Origin: Lama glama
Lineage: Eukaryota
Assembly: GCA_028534125.1 (NCBI GenBank)
Contig: CM052817.1
Location: 36,520,001 to 36,584,000, forward strand
DNA: 64,000 nt
Reading direction: 5' to 3'
Within the stretch, counting starts at the first letter, position 1; the number at the start of each line of letters is the position of its first letter. This document shows positions 50,485 to 63,839 of the stretch, one piece after another. The notes beneath the pieces were generated by a model. The model searched no databases. It saw nothing but the letters and a program-made list of their open reading frames with translations, and was not told where the DNA came from. The translations under genes were made by a program, and so were the position numbers.

Positions 50485-50662
50485 GTAAACAGTTGTGAGG
50501 CAAGATCAACAGTGTTAAGAGGCTGGCCTCACTTATGTGGGCCTGATCACTTGATCTTTTCAGTGTACTTGTGCTGTTGGGCTCCTAGTTGGTGATTCAT
50601 GATAACTGAAGTCAAGAAACTGAGGTATGAATCAGAATGATAATTAATTGATTTTGTTACAG

Positions 50663-50752
50663 GACATTCCTTTTCATGACTGAGTTACTCAGGTCACCTA
50701 AACAGGCACTTCCAGGTATCAAGAGTATATATTTGAGAGCATTTTCATCCAA
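50663..50752 (+). pseudogene. TIR domain E, exon 1 (box1)
   Basis: Acceptor attgattttgttacag|; DIPFH-(slip)-LSYSGH...RVYI*EHFHP; donor CCAA|gtaatg. Resembles TLR1-type FHAFISYSGH. Confidence 0.55.
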
Positions 50753-51272
50753 GTAATGGAAAATGCTTGTGTGAGCTGTTTCAACCCAGAACAGAGAAAA
50801 AACTCTTTAGGCACGGGAAGTTTCATGTTGCCCGGATCCAGTGTTAAAAGTGTAGTTAATATCCTCAAACTCTCATAATTGTGACTGGTAATAATAAAGA
50901 CACCATTTATGGGGTGATTCTTCTGTGCCAGGAACTGTGCTAAGCCCTTAATCCTCACAGAATCTTCAGAGACAAAGATGACTACGCTTTGGTAGATTAG
51001 GAAGGTTAAATGATTTAGTCAAGATCATCACACAGTTAGTAAAACCTGGATGCAGGATTCAAGTGCAGTCTTCTCTGAGCCCACCATCCACCAAATGGAC
51101 TCTCAACAATTCTTGGACTGTTTTTTAGTTTTTATCTGGACCAAATCCTTTGTGTTAACATGTTCGTTTTTCTGATAGGTTACCATAAACTAGTTACAGA
51201 TGATTTAGCTTTAGCTTTGGCCAGTTAATAAAGGTAATTGTGAAAATTTACCCATGAAATTTTATAACCTAT

Positions 51273-51725
51273 TGTAAAAATTAATAAAGTGAAACCTCAC
51301 TAAATGTAGTTGGGAGGCCAGAGGGGGGAGCCCTGGTGCAGTACAACCCCACATCTACTATAGGAAGAATTGTCAGTTACAGAGCCCAAAAGAAGAATCA
51401 TCAACAGAAAAGAATCATCAGTTACAGGCTCCAGCAGGAAAAGGTATACATTGCATGGCCTATAAGAAATCCACTACCCTAGCAACTCAGCCAACGAGAA
51501 ACCATCATCACCCTGAACTCTGACTTTTTTCCAAAGGACTCATTCAAAAGAACCTCTCCTGACTACTCCTGTTTTCTGTATAAAATAATGTTCTTCTCCT
51601 TTGCTCGTTGGACTTGCCTATGGTTTTTGCTATGGCTTGCTTGTCCTGAATTGTAATTCTCTGCTATTCCCAGATAAACCCATTTTTGCCAATGAAATAA
51701 CTGACTTTTATTTCTAAGGTCAACA
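51273..51725 (+). mobile_element. Solo ERV1-type LTR
   Basis: TG...CA ends, TATAAAA at about 51579, poly(A)-like gataaa, 4-bp TSD ctat/ctag. Confidence 0.8.
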
Positions 51726-52926
51726 CTAGAGTGTTTTAAACATATAAAATAAATATAGAGAATATTGTAATAAATAATTATGTACCCACTGTGAGGATTT
51801 TTAGACATTAGCATCAGTCTGTTCTCTACAAAGAAATTCATTTCAAATATAAATCAAGTCAAGTCATTTTTCTTCTCAAAACCTCCAGTGGCTTTCTACG
51901 TCTAAATAAAAGCTCAAAATACCAATCAATGAGCCACCAGGCCCTACCCCATCTGCCTCCCCATTAGCGCTCACCCCATCTCCTTCCATTCTCCCTCCCA
52001 TTGCTGATACCTTAGCCCATTTACCTTGCTGTGCCTTGAAGATTCCCAGCACTTCCAATCTCAGAGCTTTGGGTCTACGGCTCCCTCTGTACCATTACTC
52101 TGATCTCAGTATACTCATTAGAATTATGTTCAGTGGTAAGATAGTGATATAAAACAATGTAGATGTTTATCTCTCATGTTCAAGAAATCCAGAGGTAGGC
52201 ATTCCAGAGGTAGTATAACAATTCCATGGTTTCAAGAACTCTCATTCTTTCTGTGTTGTTGCTTTGTCATACGTGGCTTCTATTCCCGGTCATCTCGCCA
52301 TCCAAGATAGCCACAGGAATGCCAGACACACTTGGATTTCCAGCCAACAGGGAAAAAGGACGTGGGACAGAGCACTCTTTGTTTCTATGAAATGTGGGGT
52401 AAAGGAGGAAATGGAACAACTGATTTTTAAAAATGTTTTACAAAGTTAAACCTTTGCTGTCTAAATAAAATCTCATCTACCTTTGTGGGAGCCTTGAGAG
52501 CAATAATAAACTGAATAAATTCTTTTAAACTGAAAAACTGTAAAAATATAGTTAAGCTTGATCTTTTTGTACCACCTGTGGCCCAGGAGAGTTGTTTTTT
52601 TTCCTGTTTTAAAACAGAAACGTTTTTTAAAATTAAAAGTAAATAACAAATCCAATGTATTAAAAAAATTTATGATTTATATGTTAAAATTTATACATTT
52701 ACTTGTTAGGAAGTGAATCAATAAAACTACTATTTTTGAAGAACAGAAAAGTGTTGTGGAAAAGGTTTATTACAGTTGCAAAAACCCTCTGAAATGAATT
52801 TATTTCTGCATTTGGTTGTATTGTATTGAGAAAAATCTGATTAACAGACTAGTAATTGGAGATGATTTCAGGTTTTTGTATTGCTTTGTTCATCTTACAA
52901 TTTTATGATTTTCTCTTATTAAACAG

Positions 52927-53023
52927 ATGACAGGAGAAGATTTACTCTGAGATACGTATACAAATGACACGAGTCAACACATAGGCTTCCAGTTTGGTAG
53001 ATAGTACATGAGAGGGCACAGTA
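52927..53023 (+). pseudogene. TIR domain E, exon 2 (BB loop/alphaB)
   Basis: Acceptor ttttctcttattaaacag|, donor GTA|gtaagt; one frame reads *QEKIYSEIRIQMTRVNT*ASSLVDST*EGTV. Confidence 0.6.
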
Positions 53024-53534
53024 GTAAGTATGTTTTTATACAATTTCTTTAATGTTTTAAATAAATATATATATATATATTTAAAATGAACTATTGTAAT
53101 TTTTAAAAACTGCTTTATTGACATTTAGATACCATACATTTTAAGTGTACAATTCAGTGAATTTTAGAAAATGTATAGAGCGGTGTAAGCATTACTGATC
53201 CAATTTTAGAACCTTTCTATCACCTCAAAAAGCTGACAGCAGACCTATGCTTAGTGGGTGGATTGGAACACCTGCACCTCCTCCCTCTTATTTCCTGGCC
53301 TTCCAGCTGAGAAGAGTAGATGGTCAGGAGGCTGGTGTGTTAATGTCTGTGTAAAAATACCTGAGATCTCTGTTCCTGTAGAGTCTCTGAATATAGCTGT
53401 AGAACTTGTAATGAATGATAAAAATTAAGTGATTTTGTCCTTGAGGAGCCTGTGAGCTGACTCATTTTATGTACGGTATCATCGTACATAGTTGGTATTG
53501 AAGTGTGTTATGTTTTGAATTGGAATGTTCGTAG

Positions 53535-53707
53535 GGTGTCAGAGGACAATTCTTCTGCTGTCCAGAGTTTTCACTGTATAATGATATCTTCTTGATTGGC
53601 AAGTTGTAGATGACTTTTTCTGTGGCCTTGGATGCCTACCAGAAGGGAGACATAAAATTCCCAACAAAATTGAGGGCACACTTGCTGGATACAATATTTG
53701 AAATTAT
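53535..53707 (+). pseudogene. TIR domain E, exon 3 (betaC to betaE)
   Basis: Acceptor gttcgtag|, donor AT|gtaagt; CQRTILLLS-(slip)-PEF...[32 protein letters not shown]. Confidence 0.62.
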
Positions 53708-54639
53708 GTAAGTGGGTTCACTACGCAGTATATAGTCAAAGAGCTGCTGTCTTTCACACACTCTCTTTGTTTCTGAGAGAACATTTGCAGCTCCCACAAA
53801 ACTGCTGTGAACACTACACAGGACTTTTCCCCACCTGCTTTTGACAGATTGACTCCATGGGATTTAAAATGCCCATTTTTTTTCTGGATCTGATAAGGTG
53901 ACGATGTTCTTTTGAAAAAATACTTATCTGGTGGACTAAGCAGGTATGGAACAGGCCCTAGGGGAGAGGAGCAGACCTCGCTGATAAAGTGATGACAAGG
54001 GACAGTCAATTACAGTGAAATGTACTGTTCCTACATAAGTTGGAGGGAAGTGATACAAAGGATGGGTTTGGGCAAAAGTCCAATGAGACTAGAGAGGCTT
54101 CTTCCTTGACTAGCAAATGAGGTCGCCCTGCTAGTTGTGCAGGAGAGCTAGGAGCGATCACACAGTTCCCCGTGGCTGCCCCTTTTGCTGAAACAGGAGA
54201 AGGACCAAGAGAACCAAAGTCCCTTTGCTGAGATCTGTGCAGTTTGGACTGCTGTTTACCTAATACATTCAGCATCACCTCCTACCTAGCCTTTCTCCTT
54301 TCAAGGAGAAGCCAGCCTAGGACAAGGGTTAAGGCTCCTTCTTTTCTAACTGGAACTGGAGGATTTATGCACTTGTCAAAGTGTGTTGGGAACTTGATTG
54401 CACTTAAAGTTGTCAAACCTGTCACACCTGTCAAACCTTAGGGACAGTGGAGCACAAGTCAACATGGTTCCTGGAACCTCCTCCCCGCTGGCTTAGTCAA
54501 AAATTTATGTTGGATGTGTAAACAAATCTCTAATTGGACTATGGACTGATTCAAGTATACAGCTGGGCTTTTTGTAACTGATAACTGCTGAATCACTATA
54601 GGAAGAGTTGTGTTAAGAAAAAATTCTTCTTGCCTATTT

Positions 54640-55250
54640 GCATTCATTCCTCTTTCCTACCTCAAGCACTAAACTACTTTCTGACTCTGTAGCTTTGCTT
54701 TCTCTGGGCACATCATTAAGTTGAATCTTACAATCTTTCTGTCCTGCTTCTTTTGCTTAGCATATTTTTGAAGTTTGCCCATCTTATAGCATGAATTATT
54801 AGTATTTATTGCTGAACAGTATTGTTGAACTGTATGGATATACCCAGTTTTGTTTATCTACTCACTCAGTTGATGCAAATTCATGCTGTTGCTAAGTTTT
54901 CGTTATTATGGATAATACTACATTTGCTTACAGGCCTTTGTGTGGATATCTGTTATTATTTCTCTTAGATTCCTGGGACTGAATTTCTTGAGTCATATGG
55001 TAAATTTATGTTTAACTTTTATTTATTTATTCATTCATTCATTCTTTATTTATATTAAGGTATGGTTAATTTATGTTTAACTTTTAAAGAAACTGCCACA
55101 CTGGTTTTCCAAAGTAACTGTACCACTTTACATTCCCACCAGCAATGTGTGAGGACTCCAGTTTCTTCAAATTTTCGTACCAACACTTGTTACTGTGTCT
55201 TTTTGATTATAGCCATTCTAGTGGTGTAAACTGGTGGTATCTCATTGTGA
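54640..55250 (-). mobile_element. Old L1 3' fragment
   Basis: ggttttccaaagtaactgtaccactttacattcccaccagcaatgtgtgag...tagccattctagtgg...ggtatctcattgtg. Confidence 0.8.
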
Positions 55251-55334
55251 TATAAGTAAGCAGGTATAAAATTAAGGACTAAGTACTCTAACGTATTTTG
55301 TAAGTAGTTATATTGTTTAATATAAAAATAATAC

Positions 55335-58230
55335 CATGAAGCCAAAAGCTAAGTTTATCACCACTAGGCCTGCCTTACAACAAATGTTAAAAGGAGCACT
55401 TCTACCTGAAAAGGCAAAGGTACCTGAAACTTTGGGTAAGGTGATAAATAGACAAAATCAGAAAATTGTAACTGTATCAGAGTAGGTTGTTAACACTATA
55501 GTGTAAAGGTTAAGGGGGGAAAAAGCATTAAAAATAACTATAGCTACTTAATTTGGTGATGAACTCACAACATAAAAAAGGATAATTTGTGACAACAAAA
55601 ACATAAAAGGGGAAGAAGAAAAAGATGGAATCTGTATAGGCAAATGAAGGTAAGATGCTATCAGCTGAAAAGGATCCTTTTATCTGTGAGACATTTTATA
55701 CAAAACTCATGGTAACCGCTAAACAAAAATCTGGAGCAGAGACACAAAGCATTAAAAAAAATAGGAAACTGAGAAAAATATCGCTGAAGGCCACCAAAGT
55801 AAAATGGCAGACAAAAAAAGGAAAAAGAAACAATGGAGATATAGAGCAAGCAGAAAACAAAAGATAAAATGGCAGTAATAAGTGCTCATATATCAATAAT
55901 CACCCTAAATATAAATGGAATGAATTCGCCAATCAAAAGACTTAGAGTGGCTAGATGGATGACAGAATGAGACCCAAATGTATGCTGCCTCTATGAGACT
56001 CATCTCAGCTCTAAAGACATAGGCTCTGAGTGAATTGTTGGAAGATGACCCTCCCAGCAAATGGCGGCCAAAAGAGAGCAGATGTAGTCATTCTCACATC
56101 AGTCCAAATAGACTTCAAGCCAAAAATAGTAACAGGAGACAAAGATGGATATTATATAATGATCAATCATAGGGAGAGGAGTGGAGGGAGGGGCAAAGAG
56201 GTGAAAGTGACTAAGAGGTACAAACTGCTGGATATAAAATAAAGTACAAGGATGTAATGTACAGCACAGGGAATATCATCAGTATTTTATAATAACTTTG
56301 TATGGAGCATAATCTCTAAAAATATCAAATTACCATGTCAAACATCTGAAACTAATATAATATTGTAAGTTGACTATACTTCAAGAAAAATGTTTTTAAA
56401 AATATATAGGAACTATCTATGTACTATTACTTCCTTCATGTCTAAAAGGACCAAATAAAATAAATCATTTTATAATTTAAAAAAAACCAAAATATTGCAG
56501 TACTAGCATAAGAATCAACATATAGACCAATGGAAATAGACTACAGATCCCAGGAATAAACACTTGTATATATGGTCAATTGATTTTCAGAAAAAGTACC
56601 AAGATCATTCAATGGGAAAAGGACAGTTTTTTCAAGAAATGATATTAGGTCCCTGCTTTCAAACTATACTATAAAGCTATAATAATCAAATCAGTATGGT
56701 ACTGGCTAGAAAACAAACACATGGATCAGTGGAAAAGAATAGAAAGCCCAGAAATAAACCCAGAAATAAATATAGTCACTTTTAATCTATGTTAAAGGGG
56801 TCAAGAATATACAGTGAAGAAAAGACAATCTCTTCAATAACTGGTGTTGGGAAAACTGGACAGCTACATGCAAAAGAATTAATCTGGACTCCTTACTCAT
56901 CTCACATACAAAAATAAACTCAAAATAGATTAAAGAGTTTAAATTTAAGACCTGAAACTATAAAACTCCTAGAAGAAAATAGACGATATACCCTTTGACA
57001 TCAGTCTTAACGATATTTTTTTGGATCTGTCTCCTCAGGCTTGGGAGACAAAAGTAAAAATAAACAAATGAGACCACATCAAACTAAAAAGCTTTTGCAT
57101 AACAAAATCTCAACAAAATGAAAACCCTGATTAAAAAATGGGCAGAGAACCGAATAGACTTTAAAAAAAAAAAAGACGTACAAATGGCCAACAGATGAGG
57201 AATGTAAATCAAAATCACAATGAGATACTATCTGTCAGAATGGCTATCATCAAAAAGACAAGTAATAAGTATTGACGAGGCTGTGGAAGAAAGGGAACCC
57301 TTGTGCACTGTTAGTGTCAATATAAATTAATGTGGGCGCTATGGAAAACAATATGGAAGTTCCTCAAAACTTAAAAATAGAATTACCAGAGGATTCAGTA
57401 ATTCCACTTATAGGTATTTACCTGAAGAAAATAAAAACACTAATCTGAAAAGATGTATGCACACCAATGTTCACAGCAGCATTATTTACAGTAGCGAAGA
57501 TATGGAAGCAACCTAAGTGTTCATCGATAGATGATTGGATAAAGAAGATGTGGAATATATATACAGGAAACTATTACTCAGCCATAAAAAAAGAAATCTT
57601 GTCATTTGCAACAACATCAATGAATTGAGAGGGTATTATGCTAAATGAAATAAATCAGACAGAGATAGACAAATACTGTATAATCTCACTTACATGTGGA
57701 ATCTAAAAAAATAAATAAACAAAACAATGAAAAAGTACTCACAGAGAACAAAGGAGTGGTTGGCAGAGGCGGGGGTAGAAATAGGTGAAGGGGATTAAGA
57801 GGTTACAAACCTCCAGTTATAAAATAAATAAGCCACAGGGATGTAGTATACACATAAGAAATATGGTCAGTAATATTGTAGTTACTTTGTATGGGGACAG
57901 ATGGTTACTAGGCTGATCGTGGTGATCATTTCATAATGTATGCAAATGTCAAGTCACTATGTAGTACACCTGAAACTAATATAATATTGTATATCAACTA
58001 TATTTAAATTTAAAGAAATGAAATTTTTTAAAACATAAAAAACATGTTGGTGTTGGGAAAACTGTATACTTACATGTAAAAGAATGATTTTGGAAACCTT
58101 TCTTTACACCATAGACAGAAAACTAACTCAAAATGGATAAAAGGCCTAAACCTGAGAGGTAAAATTATGAAAGTCTTAGAAAGAAATGTAGGGAGAAGGC
58201 AGTATGACAATGGATTTGCAATGATTTCTT
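55335..58230 (+). mobile_element. L1 composite (ORF1 end, endonuclease, ORF2 C-terminus, 3' UTR) with deletions and nested L1 ends
   Basis: ORF 56030 reads QKRADVVILTSVQIDFKPKIVTGDKDGYYIMI; L1 3' UTRs at about 56170-56400 and 57700-58020. Confidence 0.88.
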
Positions 58231-58991
58231 TGATACGGCACTGTTGCTTCTTTTACGGTGTGCTTCCCCTCCTTCGCTATGACCACTACGTGTCAACAGC
58301 AACCCTCAGACATTTTCAAACATCCTCTTTGGGGAGGCATGTATTGCCCTTACTTGAAACCACTACGAGATTGAAAAAAAGTTTTTGTGTGATGTTTACA
58401 GCATATTTTCAGAGATGGGAGACAAAAGCATCATCTAGCAGGGTATCTTTTCTGACCACTATCCTTAGCATAGAAAGTTAAATTGGCTAATTAACGCTTT
58501 GGGAATGTCACTTATTTAAAATTTCTCTCTTTTTTTTCCCATAAGAATAATACTTCTCATTTCAAATGATTGAGACTGTGCAGAAATTCTTAAAAAGTGG
58601 ATAATAATAATAATTCACATTTGTGCTTCATGTTTGGCAAAAATAAACCTCTCTGATTTAATTTGAGGCCATAATAAATATGTGGAGGTTGCCCACATGG
58701 GTGTTAGTTTCCATTTAAAAGGTGTCAATTGGTTTCCTGCTATGAAAGATGAGAATGACTCACATTTCTTTCTACCTCAACACCCGCCTTAGTTTTTATT
58801 ATTTGTAATTTTTTATGTTTATAATATTTACATTATGTTTATAAACATAATTTCCACAGTATTATTTTCTATATAAATGTATTAATGCATATTGCCAATC
58901 TTTTTACTTACTTCTTCCTACAGTTCTTTATTTTTCTCTCTGTTAATTAGCTGGAGTTTATTGTTAAGTGGTTTTTTTTTTTCCTACCTAG

Positions 58992-59101
58992 TGTTCATAG
59001 AGGTTATTTGTTCTGACTTCTTTCATGGTCAAGGATATTTGCCATCACTTGGCACAGACGATGAGGCCCATAGAGAAGTACTGTGACTCCAAGGAAACTA
59101 G
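58992..59101 (+). pseudogene. TIR domain E, candidate exon 4 (box3/linker)
   Basis: Acceptor with long T-run ...ttcctacctag|, donor TAG|gtatag; phase-2 entry gives VHRGYLF*LLSWS and a shifted frame gives KDICHHLAQTMRP (like FWxxLAxxL). Confidence 0.4.
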
Positions 59102-62100
59102 GTATAGGATAAGTATATTTCATTATTAGGGAAGGTGTGACATTTAAAATTAAGTTTAGTTTAAACTTTGTAGAGTACTCTTTGATTTAACTATTATATT
59201 TATAAGTGTCCCATAAAAAAGAGGTAAACAGCTTTAATTGATAGTTTGTGAAAGATGACATATGAGATAAATATGAAAATTATCAAGATAGAATCTATAT
59301 CTTTGGACATAGAAAATATTTATGAAATACATATAAAAATATTTGTGAGTAAAATTATTTGCTCTCTGAAATTTGTTTCAAAATGATCTGTGGGCAAGGG
59401 GGATAAAAGGGGGGAGTATCAGTGAAACAAAGATTGGCCACTCACTGATCAGCACAGAGGTGTTCTTTATACTGTTCTTTCTGCTTATGTTTGGAAATTT
59501 CCATAATAACAAGAGAAAGTGAAGAAAATGACAGGCGTATTTGAGCACTTCTGTTTTCATCAGTATTGCAGCATTAGAGACCCTGAAACTACCCAGCTAC
59601 TTAATATCTAAATATGCTTGATAAAATATTAAAACCACTCTTAAATGATTGATGAGTCCACTAAGATCCGAATGTAGTAGAGGCTAGGCAGGAAAACTTA
59701 AGTTTTAAAGCCGGAAACCCTGAGGCCTACAGTCATCTTTATTGAGACTCTGAACTGCATTGCACAAAGGGGACAGGGACAAAGCCTGAAGTCACATAAA
59801 ATGGAAGCGTAATGCCTGGACCCAGGAGAGAAGCACCCTCAGGAAGGGTGAACTTGAAAGGAAACCCACCCTGCCAAGGTGGACCATAAGAACACATTTC
59901 TGTCTTGGGCTGGGCTATGAATGGACATTTAAAAAAAGGAGTTAAGAAAAAGCCTCCCCTGAGAACTTGTAGCCACTGGCCAGATCTCATGTAGTTTGGG
60001 ACCCAGTCCACATTCTTTGCATGATCCCAAAACACAAGCCTATAATTTAAAGGGTATCAGGATAGGTAATATTCCCAGGTATCTAGGAGAAGCAAAAGCA
60101 GACTTTCCCAGGGGAGCATACCCTCAGCCAGGCCTCAAAGAATTCGCAGAGACAACCAACAAGAAACTTACAGTAAAAAATTATAAAACAGAAATCAAGC
60201 AAGTCAGAGATAACAGAATCAGAACCACAGAGAGCTTAGGTTTTATAACTAATTATCAAAATTTAAAAAATAATTCTACTTGAAATATTTTCAGATGTAA
60301 AAATGGGCATTGAAAACAGGAGTGAGAATAAGAGACTCTCATGATGAGGCCAATTTGAAGAACAAAATACTACTTTTACAAATAAAAAAAAACTTACTGA
60401 AATTAAGAATTCAAATGGATAGAAGGTTAAATGAAAGATTAATATAATTGTGTAGAGAATGAGTGACCCAGAAGATGTATGTATCTGAGGAAACTATCCA
60501 ACGTCTAGCCATAGGGAGGTGGGATGTGGGAATTTGTAAGGAGGATTAAGAGACATGGTGGAGTAGGAAGAAGGCCTGTCAAACTGTATGTGTGTCTTCC
60601 TGTTTCCTACAAATGGAGCAGCCTGTTGACTGCATCCCTCACCAAAACTTAGCAGCACTTTTATTTTTTTAATTAAAAAAATTTTACAATTAACATGGTT
60701 TATTTTATTATCAGTCTTACAAATGGCTGAAGTTGGGCATGCCCAGGATTGTAGCTTGAATGTCACACTTTTGTTAGAAACAATCTAATTTGGGAAGCTG
60801 TGCTATTGAGCAAAGAGCAGTGGAAATGCAGGGTTATCCAGCAATGTTAGAGACTGTTCCAGAAGCAGCAGGTGAGACCAGGTACTTCACAGCCAGAGGT
60901 CCACTCCAGGGGCCCTCGTCCACTGCCCACCTTCAAGGAAGCCAGAAGCCTCTAGGGGCACCAGGGAGGCACAATGGGCTGGAGGAGCTTCACGGCCCAT
61001 GTGCTATGTCTCTGCCTCAGCATGGCCATCCACACCACATAGCCACACATCCCTACGCAGAGTGGGGCAGCACTGTCTCCCATTACCTCCACCCTTTTAT
61101 AAGAGGGCAGCCCCATCCCTGCCCTGGATTTCGGAGAGCCTGGCTCCAGTCCCCAGCTTCATGTAGTTTGAGCTCCCTTTGAGACAGGAAGGAAAGGGGC
61201 AGGATATAATTAAAGGGATGACACAGCAATTAACACCAAAGTGGCGGAAAATTCAACTCCCAGTAGGCCTTGAGGCCCAGGTTGGCAAGAGATTGGACTT
61301 CCAGTAGTAGAGTGTGAGGGAAGGGACATATAGGCACTTAGAACACTGCCTGGCAAGTAGCAAGTACTCAAGAAATATTCGCCGTTATTATTAGCTTTGG
61401 ATAAAAATTATGTTTTCCAAATATACAGTAATTAATTTTTATCTTTATTCAACATTGTGACATAGGTATTATCACCCTTAATTTGTGGTAGGAAATTGAG
61501 GCACCAAAGGGTCAAATAACAAAAACTATAGAGGTGAGAGGAATGTTGGGTACATCTAGATTGGCTTACAGCTTTGTTACACATAGAATAATTAATGTGT
61601 GTTTCTTGGTCTGATATGAGCAATGACATAGGGAAGACTAAAATGTAACTGATGGTGTGGCTATAAGTTTTTGGCTTTGTTGACATCATCTATTATAATA
61701 TAGAGCGTGACAGCCAGATGGGAAAAAATTCCAAGGCATTATATAAAGAATCATGTGTCATTTAATGCTCATTACACTTTAGCTTCAGCTGCCCCCACAA
61801 ATGAACTCTTATCTCTACAGGCAATAAAATGTTAATAGTAGTCAGTGAACACACCCGTATATCTGCCACCCAGACCTACATATATTTGTTTGTTTATTGT
61901 CAGTATCCCAGAAGTCTCCCTTATGCTCCACCCTCGTCTTTGTCCCTTCCAAAGGTCACTGCTCTTCTGACTTCTATCACTATACATCAGTTTTGTCTGG
62001 TTTTTTTTTTTGTCTTGTTTGTTTTTATTGAGATATAGTTGACATAGAACAAACACACATACATACACACACATATATTTATATATATATTTGATCTGGG

Positions 62101-62282
62101 TGACAGATATACGAGTGTGTTTATTTTGTAAATATACATCAGGCAGTTTACTTAGATTTTTTGTACTTCTTCTGTATATGTATTATACCTCAATTAAAAA
62201 GTTTACTTAAACAAAAGACTTTATGGATGTGTGAAATTTAGTTTGGTAGACTCAACATTTAACTTTGCAGTCTGTTTTGCAG

Positions 62283-62470
62283 GGACAAATGTTACATCCT
62301 CTGCCCCACTTAATGAGTCTGCAGAATAATTATCAGTACCTAATTATATACATTCTTCCCCTGCTATGTCGTGTTTTAGAGCTTGACCACCTCTGTGAAC
62401 TTTATAACCAAACTAATTCTTTCTTATGTGGTGTCTTGCCTGCTATAGAAAGAAAATTATATGAATCAAG
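62283..62470 (+). pseudogene. Candidate first exon of a further TIR domain (F)
   Basis: Acceptor tctgttttgcag|, donor CAAG|gtggtc; YTFFPCY (62347-62367)...SVNFITKLI...LL*KENY resembles MyD88-type FDAFICY..DIQFVQEMIRQLEQTNY. Confidence 0.35.
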
Positions 62471-62779
62471 GTGGTCTGGGTCCACATCTGGCCTCAACAC
62501 TTCCACCACCCCTGTCATAGACACACGCGCACACATACACACATTATATGTCTCTCTCTGTATTAATGCCAGCTTCTCTTCTTTTCTCCGTATCTATAAA
62601 AGACTCTGACAACTGGTTTTCGGTATCTCTCTTCTCTCCAAGGTGGTCACTTCCTTGGCAGAGTCTGTGTTTATTTAGATGATCAACCCATCACCCTATC
62701 CTTCTGTGTTCTTTGATCTTCTCAACTAAACATTCAGATTAAGCAGAATTCTAAACATCCCCTTGTTCCCCAGAGCCCA

Positions 62780-63350
62780 AGATTTCAGTTCATCCACTGA
62801 TTATTTAACCAAACACTAATCTAGGTACTGCTTTGAGGAACTTTACAGTTGTAATTAAAGTCCCAAATGAGTTCACTCCAAAATAGTGAGATTATTGAGA
62901 TGAACCTGATGTAATCACACTTTGAACGGAGGAAGGGGAAGTCGGAGAGATTTGAAGTTTGAGAAGGACCTGCTTTGAAGGAATCCCAGAGAAGGAATGT
63001 GGGCAGCCTTCAGGAGCTGGTTGGCCATCAGCCTCAGCCCTGAACTGCAAAGACCTCAGTCCTAGAACTGCAAGGAACTGGATTCTGCTAACAACGTGTC
63101 CTTGGAAGCAGATTCCTCAGATAAGAGCCTTCAGATAATAGTCCACCTGGCTGATACTTTGATTTGGTGCCGTGATACCCAGAGCACAGCCTAGCCCGCC
63201 TAGATTCGTGACCTCCAGAATTGTGAAATAAGAAATGAGTTTGACACAGCATTGTAAACTGACTATACTTAAATAGAAAAAAAAAAGAAATCAATATTGT
63301 TTTAAGATGCTAAATTGATGGTAAGTTTTCACTCAGCAAGAGAAGACAAA
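62780..63350 (+). mobile_element. MLT1-type MaLR LTR with a small nested L1 end
   Basis: aaacactaatctaggtactgct...gacctcagtcctagaactgcaaggaactggattctgctaacaac...gacctccagaattgtgaaataagaaat. Confidence 0.75.
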
Positions 63351-63839
63351 TATACCTTCTTTCCATTTCCATGATCCTACTGTCACATTCAAACCATGGG
63401 ACCTTGTCAAAACCTGGAATACCAATATTAAATGCCAGTTTCTTGTTCAGTAACTTCACCCTCCTGTTTCAGCTTTTCAGCCTCCAAGTGACTGATCCCT
63501 TTTAAGCCCCCCTTCTACTTGTCTCTTCCTGGCTTCGCTTTCCTGTGATGAATCACTTCACCTACTTATCTCTTGCTCCATTTTTCTATTGCTTTACCGA
63601 CCCAGCAAAACCACATCCTAGAATTTATTCATCCTTCTAACCTTCTCTATCGTCACTTCTTTGTGTTTGGGAAAACCATGCCCATTTGTGGCTTTGATGC
63701 CATCACATTCATAGAATCCAATCTTAGGGGTCCTTGGTTTTGCCATGCAATGTCTTTCTCTCTAGGTCCCTTATTAGAGTTAGAGGAAAAACTTTTCCTC
63801 TACCAATTTAGGTGCAGGAAAAACAGATGTGGGGCATAA

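Noticed and set aside
52927..53707. ABCA-like (MTGEDLL) or SAMD3-like reading of these exons
   Set aside because: Only a few residues match; the TIR reading explains both exons and their junction with correct spacing.
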